Shown one piece after another: positions 25,500 through 36,530 of a stretch of DNA of 64,000 nucleotides. This DNA comes from Prorocentrum cordatum (lineage: Eukaryota). The DNA is taken from assembly GCA_963575745.1 (NCBI GenBank), contig CAUYUJ010000150.1, positions 1-64,000 on the forward strand, in the 5' to 3' direction. A model generated the notes under the pieces. The model had not been told where the DNA came from. It saw only the letters and a program-made list of their open reading frames with translations, and made no database searches. The position numbers and the translations under genes are program-made. Each line of letters starts with the position of its first letter. Within the stretch, counting starts at the first letter, position 1.

Positions 25500-26325
25500 C
25501 CCGAGTTAGTTTCATTGAGGCCACCTTTACTGTGCTCACTCTCAAGGATGAGGAGGAGTGGTACTGTAAGAAGAAGGCCGCTAAAAAGAGGGAGGCGGCG
25601 GTGGCTAGAGCTGCGCACCACAGGGCCCAGTTCAGGCAGTTAGGTTGGTTGTTCGTGGGGGCGCAAGAACGCCGCGCGCCCAAGCGACGCAAGGTCGCGG
25701 AGGATTTCTTGGTCCTGTCTTCGCGGCCTGAAAAGGGGAGTCTTGGGTGTGAGCTCTACGTTAACTTGCAGGCTGTGTACGCGAGAGTTGGCGAGGTTGA
25801 ACAGCGGATCCAGCCCCAGCAAGTCCGCGCGCTGTATTCTGACACCCGCGCCCTCATCGTGGGTTGGCTGTGCAGGCCAAGTTTTTCGACGAAAATGTTG
25901 CTGCGTTGCATGCCCCACGCAGTAAGCACAAGCCGGAGGTGCGAAAGGCGTGGTGGGCCCACGCGCGGCAGTTGATGGCACGATGGAGGCCGACCATCCT
26001 GCTGGCTGATGCGAATGCCCGCGTCGGCAGCGTCGAAGATGAAGGAGTGTGGGGGGGGGGGGGGGGGGGGGGGGGGCAGCAGAAGGAGGATGATAACGGA
26101 GGAGATGTTCGGAGTTGCTTGACCTTGGGGGCCATGTGGCTCTCAACACGGTCTTGCCTCATGACCAGGGGTACACTTGGGTGTCGCATGCGGGCACCAG
26201 ACGTCGACTGGACTATGTGACAACCAGTGTGGCTTGGCGGCAGTACGCCAAAAAGGTCTGGGTTGACTACGCTTTTGATTCTCAGCGACCCAAGGATGAT
26301 CATTTCCCTGTCGCGTGTTGTTTCG
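25500..26325 (+). pseudogene. APE endonuclease domain (frameshifted)
   Basis: ATFTVLTL, VGAQERR, GCELYVN, ALHAP, LADANARVG, TWVS, RLDYV, DDHFPV. Confidence 0.85.
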
Positions 26326-26799
26326 AGTATCAGGTGGTCAAAAAAGTCAAGGCTCACGGGGCCCCCCGCATGGACCCCCGTAAGTTGTCCGATCCTGAGG
26401 TCAAAGGGGCCCTCGCTCGGGAGCTCAATGAGCTGCCAGTGTGCGCGCGGGAGGTCGGTGCTGAGGGGCATAGCGTGGTGGTGACTGAAACCATGATGAA
26501 CGCCGCTAAGAGGCACTTTGGCCAGGATCCCTTTACTCCCTTTTAAGCCGTATGTCAGTAGGCAGGTCATGGGGCTTGTTAGGCTCCGCGGATGGGGGAT
26601 CAAGGTTATCCGTGGGGCTAGACAGGGCAATTGGGACATAGCACGTATCTTCGCGTGGTCTTTCGGGCCGCGAGTCGCTGACTTCGTGCAGGCGCAGTGC
26701 GAGTGGAGCCTCCACGCGAGCTACCTGGAGGAAACTCGCTCACAGGTTGTGGCGACGGTGTTGCCAGTTGCGTGCCTGGTTGATGCTATCCGTTTTTTT

Positions 26800-29200
26800 A
26801 CTTGACCAGACCCGGCAGGTGCTGCGCGACTGCAGCATGCGGGATCGCATTAGTAAGGTTGAGGACCTGGCGCGGGAAATGATGAGCAGTCGTGAGAGCG
26901 GAGATGCCAGCAACGAGTGGCAGAAGGCCAAGAGGGTCATTGCCACTGGAGGTTTCGAGCAGGCTCGGTACCAAGGGGCGAATCGTTTGCCTATCTATCG
27001 GGATGAACAAAGCCAGGTCCTCCGAGGGCCCCAAGAGTGGGATGGGGAGCTTCTGAGGCATTTCTCCGAAATTGAAGGGGCCCGCAGGGGGCATTTCCAG
27101 GAGCTTGAGGACATCTATGATAAGACGGCTCGTAGGATGAGTACTGACTTTCAAGCGGCGATCGAGTATGTCCCCACCCGTGAGTGGCTCGTTGGGGCCA
27201 TCCAAGGGGCCCCCAAGAGGAAGGTTGTGCCCAACGGGCTCTCGGTCGACGTGCTGGCCGCGGCCCCAGAGGCTGCGGCTCGGCACATCCAACCATTGCT
27301 TGCCAAATATAGTTTTACGGGGTTTGAGCCACCGTCCTGGAAGGGGACCCAGTCGTGTGGGCTGTTTAAAGGCAAGGGGGACTGGGGGGTGGCTAAGCAC
27401 TTCAGGTCCATCACCCTGACCAATGCCGTGCCTAAGTCCCACTATGCCTTCCTCAGACAGTGCTTGAACGCTTTCATTGAGAGTCTGCTCAAAGACTCTC
27501 AGACTGGCGGTCGGCAAGGGAGAGGAACTGCGCTGTCCACCCACACGATGTTGGCTTTCTTGCATCAGGCGCAGGCTGAAAAGTTCACGGCGGTGCTGCC
27601 GCTTGTGGACGTGGTCAGTGCTTTTTATAGTATGATTCGGCAGTTCGTTGTTGATCTGCCCACGGATGAGGAGGAGAGGAGGTGCATCATTGAGTCGGTC
27701 CATATCAAAGAGTGGATGAGACCAGCCCTCGAGCAGACGATGCAGTCGCCGTGTATCCTCGAGGGGAACCCCCCCACCTCAGTCGGCTGCTGAGCGACAG
27801 TCAGAGAGCGACGTGGTTTCGGGTTGGCGAAGCATGTTGCGCCGTTGCCACGACCAAAGGCTCTAGGCCAGGCTATGCGCTTGCTGATTTTTTCTACAAC
27901 ACCCTTTTCGCTAGGACTCTGCATAATATTGAGAAGGAGTTAAGCGAGAAGGGTCTTTTGTATGAGTTGAAAGAAGCCCAGGTCATCATCCTGGCTGAGC
28001 CGGGGGACGAGCCCCCCCTGGCCGACACCGCTTATGCTGACGATGCTAATTTTCCCGTGAGCAACTCTGATGTGTTGTGGGTTGTGCGGACGGTGTTCTC
28101 GGTCATCGTCACGCGCGTGGCCGAAGATGGCCTCGTCATCAGTTTTGTTGCGGGAGAATCGCAGGTGATGGTTCAGGTCAACGGCAGAGACAAAGCTTGG
28201 TGTAAGCGCTTGCTGTCGGTTGAGTTGCAGGGCCAGATCCCAAGCTTGCAGGAAACGGTTGGGATGGTGGCTACGCATGAGTCCCTCGGGACGTTGCTGG
28301 CCGCGGACGGGTCGGTGGGGCCCGAGGTGGCTTATAGATGTGGCGCTGTTAGAGCCATCACGGGAGCGATGTCCAGAACCGTTTTCAGAATGGGAGGGGT
28401 CTCTCTGGCGGCTAAGTTGCAGTGCCATGCGGCTCTCATCGAGTCTAAGATTATGCATCATGCGGAGACGTGGGGACAGCTGAGTGAGAAAAGCAAGCAG
28501 GCGCTGGAGTCGGCCTACTACGGGTCCCTAAGACGCGCCGTCAAGTGTCATAGGCGAAAGGATACCGTGTCGGATGCCGAGGTTTTGCCCACGTGCCAAC
28601 GGGCGCCTCTTGGGCGACTTTTGGCGTACATGAGACTCAAGTACCTTGTGCGTCTGCTTCGTTATGCCCCGCGTCAGCTTCTTCTTTTACTCGACAGGCA
28701 GTGGGACGTCCGCGGCTCGCGGCCGCAACTGATAAAATATGATATTGCGTGGATGAGAAAGCACGCGGGGGAGGAGGCCACTCGCGTGTTGGGGGATTCT
28801 GTGGAAGCCGCGGTGGAAGTGGCCAGGAACGGGCCTGATTTTTTCCTCACTTGTCTCCGCTCGGCCTGGAGGAACTCGCTCGCCTGGGAGCGTGACCAGC
28901 TGAGGCCCACGGAGTGGCGCAGGGCGCTCGCGGCGGAAGCTGACGGCGGAGGCTTGCCCCCCCCCCCCCCCCCCTTTGCGAAGGTCAAGTCCCCTGGAGG
29001 CTATGTGTGCTATGAATGTGGCTACGCCGGCCAAAGCAAGACTGAGTGAAAAATCGATGTCGCTAAGGCCCACCCTGAGCTCGGGCAGGTGAATCCGTTT
29101 CTGTTCGGGTCGTGTTGCCCCGCCTGCGGGTGGGGATTCCACGCTAGGCTGAGACTCGGCAAGCATTTGAGAAACAGAAGTGCGCGGTGTCTCACGGCGA
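26800..29200 (+). pseudogene. Reverse transcriptase plus C-terminal Zn-finger-like motifs (frameshifted)
   Basis: LFKGKG, FRSITL, SQTGGRQGRG, VDVVSAFYS, KGSRPG, YADD (28033-28044); YVCYECG and CPACGWGFHARLRLGKHL. Confidence 0.9.
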
Positions 29201-29459
29201 TTCGGGCGCTTTTCAAGCCCATGGGGCGGGGGGGGGGGGCAGGTTCTGGAGCTTCAGAGGCTTGGCGCGCAGGAGAGCAAGGATCTTCGGCAGCGAGGCC
29301 TCTACCAGGGGAAGGCCTCGATCCCCGCCGCGAGGCCGGCGTCCCCGCTGATCCCGCCCCAGGATCATGAGATGCGCGACCCCGTTGAGCCCCCCGGCGT
29401 CGTGGAGGCTCAGCAGGATGCTCAGGCTTTTTTAGGACGGCCAGAGCGTTGTAGGTTCC

Positions 29460-30330
29460 AGTACTACTTTATATTGCATTTGTTCTCGGGTAGACGTCGG
29501 TCGGGGGACCTGCAGGATTGGGTGGGATATTTCCAGGCCCAGGCCCCCCAGGACAGGCCCGTCTGGACCCTGAGCATGGACGTGGCCAACGCGCCAGTGT
29601 TGGGGGACCTCAGCGTCGAAGGCGCGATCGAGCACTGGCTGAAACTTGTGCGGGAGTTATCGGTTGTCGGCCTGCTCGGGGGCCCCCCGTGTGAGACGTG
29701 GAGCGCGGCCAGGTTCAACAGTCTGGCCAACGGCAGGGGTCCCAGGCCGGTGAGATCCAGGGAGCTCCTTTGGGGCATTGAATGCCTCGCGAGAAAGGAA
29801 AGGAGACAAGTGGACCTCGGCAATGTTCTGCTGAGAACCATGCGTAGATTCTTGGTGGCGTGCGCGGGGCACGACGCTCCCGCTATTATGGAACACCCGG
29901 CCGAGGCCCATTGGCGACCGCAGGCTCCCTCGTCGTGGTTGCTGGGCGAGGTTCGATATATCCTGTCGTTGCCAGGAGCCGAGAAGGTGACCTTTGCTCA
30001 ATGCCTCTACGGTTGTGAGTATGAGAAACCTACTACGTTTCTGACCATCCACCTTCCCTCTCTGAGGAGAAGGGCTCGAGAAGGGCCTGGGGGGGAGGTG
30101 CAACCATCCTGGTCGGCATCGTCAGGCCCTGGACCGTGGGGAGATGGGGGAGTTCCGAACAGCTGCGTTGAAGGAATACTCCGCTGAGCTGCGCAAGTTG
30201 CTCGCTCGATGCATGTGGGAAGGGGTCGAGGCCAGGACGAGGGTCGGCCCTAGGACTTGGGAGGTCCCTCAAGAGGTTCTCGGATTTTATATCCCCTCGA
30301 CCCATACTGTGAGTTTGAGCGCAAGCATGA
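29460..30330 (+). CDS. C5 cytosine DNA methyltransferase-like domain at the C-terminus of LINE ORF2
   Basis: Motif I-like ILHLFSG (~29474), LSMD, GDL, catalytic motif IV GGPPCETWS (~29678), motif VI-like MEHP (~29888), KPTTF. After a G-run frameshift at ~30090: FRTAALKEY. Confidence 0.85.
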
Positions 30331-31269
30331 CTGCGCCCGAAAGTGGGGCAGGGACGACAGCTCAAGCGAATCTGGCGGCGACCGATAAACGGCGGCGGCG
30401 TGTGTGAGGAGGCCCCGCTCCGCGCCTTGGCGCGAGCCGCCGCCCGCCCGCACACTATCATCTTGCAAGTTGTATTCGATACGCTTCGAACATTCCTCAT
30501 GCTGGAAACCGTAGAAACCGTAGGAGGAGGGGGAGGGGGAGGGGGAGTGGGAGGGAGAGGGTCGCCCGGGGGGATGCGTAACTGCCCCCCCCCCCCCCAC
30601 CCGTCCCCCCCCCCCCCACCACCCCCCACCACCCGGTGGGGGGGGCAGGGAGGGGCTTCGCCACGACTGCGATTTCTTTTTGTTTCGTGTTCGATTTCCT
30701 GTGATTTCGGGCGACGACGATGACGACGACGACGACGACGACGACGGTGATCCACGCAAGACGCCGACACCGGGATGCGTCTTCCACACGCCGACAGGGT
30801 CGCCGGATTTCCAGTGGGGGGGTCGGGGAACATTGAACAAAAAACATATATGGAGCCCGTACCCCCTCAACCGGGCCCCAACACGAAATTCGGTCTTCGG
30901 GTTGGGTTGGGGTGGTTTGGTAGGTAGTCACCCCCCCGTGCACTGTCGAACCAAACGGTGCGTGGGCAAGAGCGCTGGCCTATAACTAGAAGAGCCCAGG
31001 CCCAGGCTGCACGTCGGGCCACCGCACCCGTTTCCCAGTCAACACACTGCACCAGCGCGTTGAGGGTACGTGTGCAACCCAGAGTGGATACGCAGGAGCG
31101 GTAGGCAGGTCACACCAGGCGAGCAGGTCACAGTCAGACGACTAAGATTGCCTCTGCTCGTGCTGGCTATTCCTGTAGGGGTTGACTTGATGGGCTCCCG
31201 CGGGAGCCTATCAACCGTGCGCCCTCTCGCGTTAGCGGTCGGGTGAAACACTGACACGACCAAGGGGTC

Positions 31270-31800
31270 AATGGTAGAAGGGCAGGGTGAGGGTCTCTGA
31301 AGCCAGGACTCTCCAAACCAAGGCTTGGAAGAGTCCACTCGCCTGGAGAGGACGCAGAGTGGAGACTGTCGACCCACGGCTGCACTGCTCTCGGGCGCGC
31401 CAGATTTGGCGCTCCCGAGAACTTTGCAGAGCATGCATGCTCTTGCGTACAGTGGAAACCCATGCCAAGAAACGCCCTGCTTGCCTCCAGGGTGCCCAGG
31501 GTTTCTTGGATTTCGATGGTTTTGATGTGGAAGGCGTGACGTCCCCTCACCAAAACTCAATGTACATCCTGGGAGTTCAGGGTTGGTTGAGGTTCTTGTG
31601 GATGGTCTCTTGTGGATCGGCCCCCGCTGTAATAGAAGGCCAGGGTCAGGGTCTCTGAAGCCAGGACCTTGCAAGCCAAGACTTGGAGGAGGCCACCCGC
31701 CTGGAGAGGACGCAAAATGGAGACTGTCGACCCACGGCTGCAGTGCTCTCGGGCGCGCCAGATATTGGCGCGCTCGAGAACACCGCTGCAGAGCATGGAA
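31270..31800 (+). repeat. ~150-bp direct duplication (31280-31430 and 31640-31790)
   Basis: GGGTCTCTGAAGCCAGGAC...CGCCTGGAGAGGACGCA...CTCTCGGGCGCGCCAGAT occurs twice. Confidence 0.85.
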
Positions 31801-31877
31801 TGCTCCGGTGTATTGTCGGAGTCCCCGTGCGCGGGGCCCGGAAGGTCCGTCGCGTGAGGGAGCGAGTTCTGGAGTTT

Positions 31878-32066
31878 CGGCAGGCTTGCGTCGTGTCGAC
31901 GGGCGGCGACCCCAACGCAGGCGTTTAATATCGAACGCCGCCCGTGGCCCCGAATCGGCCCGTCGTTGAACGACCCCGCGTAAGTGGAACGGCCGATGGT
32001 TCAAGTCTGAACGACCCCCGCGGTGTCAGGAGCCAACGCCGGGGTCGACGTGACGCGAGCCTGCCG
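31878..32066. mobile_element. MITE-like element family M1
   Basis: TIRs CGGCAGGCTTGCGTCGTGTCGAC / GTCGACGTGACGCGAGCCTGCCG. Confidence 0.75.
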
Positions 32067-32439
32067 CATCTTCGCCGTTCGTTCGGGCTTTCGGGGCCCG
32101 AAGAACGCCCCGGGAACGCCGATGCACGATTCATGACGCCAATCTGGGCCTCCTAGATGGGGTCGGAGCGGATGGGGTCGGAGGATTGTGCCGCGTCGCT
32201 GATGTATTGGCGATGCTGTTCGATGTTGAGCTATAACTTTTTTTCGACGCCGATGGCGCCGATGCCTCGCCGACGTCGCCGATGCATCGCCGATGCTGCG
32301 ACCCATCTACTCCGACCCGATCGAGGAGGCCTCTAGCAGAGCTGGTCCCCGAAAACGTCCCGGGGACCAGGACCCGTGGCCCTCAGGACCCCGTTTCTTC
32401 CATTCATGCCAAGGCTCTTCCAAGGGGGGTGACGAGGAG

Positions 32440-32930
32440 GGGGAAAGAGAGAACTCTTCCTCCCGCGAGGGGGAGGACCAGCGTAAACCCAAGAGGCGTC
32501 AACGATGTTGGAATTAACCCTCCCTCCAAGCTCCCTTTTCATAGGCCCCTATAACTGTTCATTTCCATTGAGGGCGGCGTTGATGCGCGAGCCACATTTT
32601 GAGAACGACCCGTCATCAAGCCGTGAACCTCTTGCGAATATTTAAAACGAATGTGCGCGGCGCTAAGGCGAGAGCCACAGTTTGACTCAATCCGGGAAAC
32701 TCTTGCAAAGTTTTTAAACGAATGTGCAAGGGGCGAAGGGGAGAGCCACATTTTGAAAATGACTCGCCCTTCATCTGTGAAACTGTTGTCGTTTTTTTTT
32801 TGAATTTCAGAGTCGTAAATGGTGAGGAACTGTCAGGCGAAACGCCCGGCCCGCCCTAAAACAATGCCTCGGGTGCGACAGGGATAAGCTACGTTAAGGA
32901 AAAGGAATGGAGGCATGAGGAGGAGGAGGA
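32440..32930 (-). repeat. Inverted paralog of the 12130-13150 element
   Basis: Reverse-complement matches at both ends and in the internal ~80-bp repeats. Confidence 0.8.
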
Positions 32931-34649
32931 GGAGGAGGAAGTTTGAGGCTCCAGAAACGAATGCTATAAACGTTTCCTGTCCCATCTCCTAGTGGAGGGG
33001 TTACTTTGCTGTTGTTGTTAGTGGGACTCTCCCGCCTCACACGTCGTTTCGCCTCCTACCTTCCTTCACCAGCCATTCAGGTTTACGCATATTCCGAGTT
33101 ATCACATGAAGTTCAGTCATAACTGTCGGCGTACCAATTCCCCACTCATACCCAGATGTACGCATCCATACTGAGACTCACTCACACCCAGACTCGCTCG
33201 CATAAGGACTCACTCACAATCAGACTCAAGCGAAACGACCGTTTCGGACAGTGGACGTCTCTCGCTTTCGAACCCTGTGATCACCGCGATGTTGCAGGCA
33301 CGGCGCTAGGGCCTCCCAGCGGGGGAGCAGCACAGGGGGTATGACATTGGCCAGCTCGCGCCCAGATGTGTGGATGAGGAGGTGGAGGGTCACGGAGGAG
33401 GATCGAGGAAGACGGCCGAAGAGTGAGGAGAGGGGGTGGCAGATGGGGGAATTGCTTACGCTTCGCGAGCCCCCGCCAGCCCATTCAGAATCCCTGCCCA
33501 CGAGAGCTGACGGGAAATGGAAAGCAGAGCCGCGTACAATGAAACAGAGCGGTCAAAGAGAGGAGGGGGGGGAACGTGTTGAGCCATGTTGGAGGTTATC
33601 TTGGAGCATCGGAGCTCTTTTGGGGCGTCTTGGGGCCCTCTTGGAGCCCCTCTTCGGGCTCTTTTGGGGCTCTCTTGTGGCTTTCCTGGGAGCTTCGGAG
33701 GGCCTCCTGGGACCATTTGGAGGCCATCGATCAAAAGGGGGGCGCCCCTTATCTAAACCTTCCCCTATGAGCCCTCGGAATCGGGCCTGCGGGCTCCCTT
33801 GGGGTGCTCTTGGGGCGATGGCCTTTTGGAGGCATGCTGTTAGCTATCATGAGCCATGGTAGGCTATCTTGAGCGATCTTGGAGGCCATCTTGGGCTTTC
33901 CAGGGCCATCTTGGAGCCATCTTGGGCCAAAAAGGACCTGACACCTCGCGACCACCGCCCGTCCGGGTCCAGTGGAGGGGGTAGGGGGAAGGGTCAAGCG
34001 ACCCACCCGCCCGCAAGCCGTCTACTTCACTCCAACCCGCCCTCCCAACACATAAGGAACACCCGAGCCTGAGCATGTTCAGCGGTCGTCTTTAAAATGG
34101 GCAGCTGCTGGGAAGAAAAGCCGACCCCAGGTGCGCGACGCTTGGGCGAGGTGCGCCACGCGTGCCAGGCGCGCCATGCGTGCCAGGCACCCCTGGGGCC
34201 CGAGCGTGCCAGGCACGCCCGGTGCGCCAGATGCGCCACGTGCTCCGAGTGCGCCAGGTGTGCCGCACACTCCAGCCGCGCCAGGTGCGCCACGTTCGGA
34301 GACCGTGCAGAGATCATCAGGTGCGCTTGCGCAAGTGACAGCACACATCGGGAAACATGTCGGCCCCCACCATCCTTGTCGAAAAAAGCATGCCCATCAT
34401 TGTGTCTGGTGGGCCTACGCACAGCAAGCCACGCGACACCACCCCTGCCGCGCGTGTCAAAAACCACTTGACTGTGATCGCGGGATGGCCGCGCATGATC
34501 CAGATTTAGCCGCGTTGGGCATTTGGTACTGTTTTTCCCTACATGTTTTGTGGGATTTTGGTTTTCTTCCACCTGCGTCGCACCCGCGTTCTTCTTCACC
34601 TCCTCCTCCCCTTCTCCTCGTCGTCCTCCCCTTATCCTCGTCCTTCCCA

Positions 34650-35600
34650 TCCGTCGTACGCTCTCAAAGCGTGCCAGGCGTGGCATTTGTTCGATGCCAC
34701 AATGGGGTGCGCTGGGGGGTGGGGTCGCTGTCCGCCGTACGCTCGCAAAGCGTGGCAGGCGTGGCATTTTCTCGATGCCACAGGGGGGTGCGCAGGGGGC
34801 GGGGTCGCTAGCCGTCGTGCGCTCGCAAAGCGTGGCACGCGTGGCATTCGCTCGATATCACACGGGGTGCGCCGGGGGTGGGGACGCTATCCGTCGTACC
34901 TTCAAAGCGTGGCAGGCGTGCAGCTGATCCACACCACCACAAAAATCGCAGGGGGGTGGGGTCGCTTTCCGTCGTGCGCATGCAAAGCGTGACAGGCGAG
35001 GTACTTTCTCAACAGCGCAGGGGGGTGCGCTGGGGGTGGGGTCGCTATCCGTCGTACGCTTGCAAAGCGTGGCAGGTGTGGATGCTTCTCGATGCCACTA
35101 GGTGTGCGCAGGGGGTGGAGACGCTATCCGTCGTACGCTCTCAAAGCGTGGCAAGCGTGGCATTTGTTCGATGCCACAATGGGATGCGCTGGGGGTGGAG
35201 TCGCTGTCCGTCGTACGCTCGCAAAGCGTGGAAGGCGTGGCATTTTCTCGATGCCACATGGGGGTGCGCAGGGGGGGGGGGGGGTCGCTATCCGTCGCAC
35301 GCTCGCAAAGTGTGGCAAGCGTGGCATTTTTCCGATGTCACAAAGGGATGCGCAGGGGGGGGGGTTGTACGCTTGCAAAGCGTGGCAAGCGTGGCAATTT
35401 CTCAGCAGCACAGGGGGGCGGGCACGGTCGTTATGCGTCGCACGCTCGCAAAGCTCGGCTGGCATGGTAGGCGTGGCATTCGCTCGATTCCAGACCGCGT
35501 GCGCAGGGGGTGGGGTCGCTGGTTTTTGCAGTGGCGCACAGCGTCATAGGCGTGGCAATTTCTCGACACCAGAGGGTGCGCGTTCGCACGTTCGGCGCTT
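34650..35600 (+). repeat. ~79-bp degenerate minisatellite (~12 units)
   Basis: Unit CCGTCGTACGCTCGCAAAGCGTGGCAGGCGTGGCATTTTCTCGATGCCAC...GGGGTCGCTA. Confidence 0.9.
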
Positions 35601-36149
35601 GCCATCAGTTGCGTCCAGAACTGCACGCATGGGTAACAGTAAACATCTGGATTCATTCCGACTCGGCGTGCTAGGGCTTTCACGCGGGTGAGCTAGGATT
35701 CCCAATCGGAGGCAGCAAACGCCCCCGTGCTTTGAGCTTCAATCATGCCGCCTAAAATTGCCCATGGGCACATTGCCTCCCCCATGCTTGAGGCTGAATA
35801 ACGCTATGGCGGACAAGGGCTTCGATATTTCGTTGGAAGGCTTGCGTGGCTACATTAGCCAGCAAGGCGATGAACGGCAGCATGGCCTGGTAGAGTGCGC
35901 AATCAACGCGTACCGCCGACAGCTCGACTGGATCACGCGCACCGACATTGCAAGGGACGACCACAGCAAAAGGCAATGTTTGGTGGCGTACTTGCTGAAC
36001 CCAGCTTTGGGCGAGTTTCCAGCAGAGGCCTCTTCTGATTTGCCGGGTCAGAAGGCGGACGACGACGGCGAGCCGCCGGCGAAGGTCCAACGAGTGCACG
36101 AGGCCGACCAGGCAGGCGCTGACTTCGCGTCACCCGCCGCAGCGCATGC

Positions 36150-36530
36150 CGCGCCCATTTCCACGCCGCATAGGGGGCGGTCCCTCTCCGCGGTCTCCAT
36201 CCGTCCCACGGTCGCGGGGCGTGGCAAACGCTGCACTCTGTCCACGCCACAGGGGGTTCGCAGGGCGTGGTCCACCACCGTGGTTTCTATCCGTCCCAAG
36301 GTCGCGGGGCGTGGCCGGCGTTGCATTTTCCCAACACAATTGCGGGGCGCGCAGGGTGTGGTCCCTCATCGTGATCCCTATCCGTCCCAGGGTCGCGGGG
36401 TGCGGCAGACGCGGCATCTTCTCCACGCCTCGGGGTGCGCGCGGGGTGGTGCCTCATCGCAGCCGCTATCCGTCCCAGGGTCGCGGGGCGTGGCAGGCGT
36501 GGCATGTTCTCCACGCCGCGCGGGGTGCGC
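36150..36530 (+). repeat. ~90-bp degenerate tandem repeat related to the 34650-35600 array
   Basis: ATCCGTCCCA(C/A/G)GGTCGCGGGG at ~36199, ~36289, ~36380, ~36468. Confidence 0.8.

Larger units (their letters stand above)
20232..30521 (+). mobile_element. Near-full-length non-LTR retrotransposon: ORF1, then RNase H - APE - RT - Zn finger - C5 DNA methyltransferase
   Basis: Continuous same-strand domain series. 3' tail GAAACCGTA x2 (~30504-30521). GGAGGAGGGGG-like sequence on both flanks is a possible target duplication in a G/A-rich tract. Confidence 0.9.

Noticed and set aside
12130..32930. Inverted paralogs as TIRs of one 20-kb composite transposon around both LINEs
   Set aside because: The copies are quite diverged, differ in array length and show no target duplication; independent insertions of an abundant repeat are simpler
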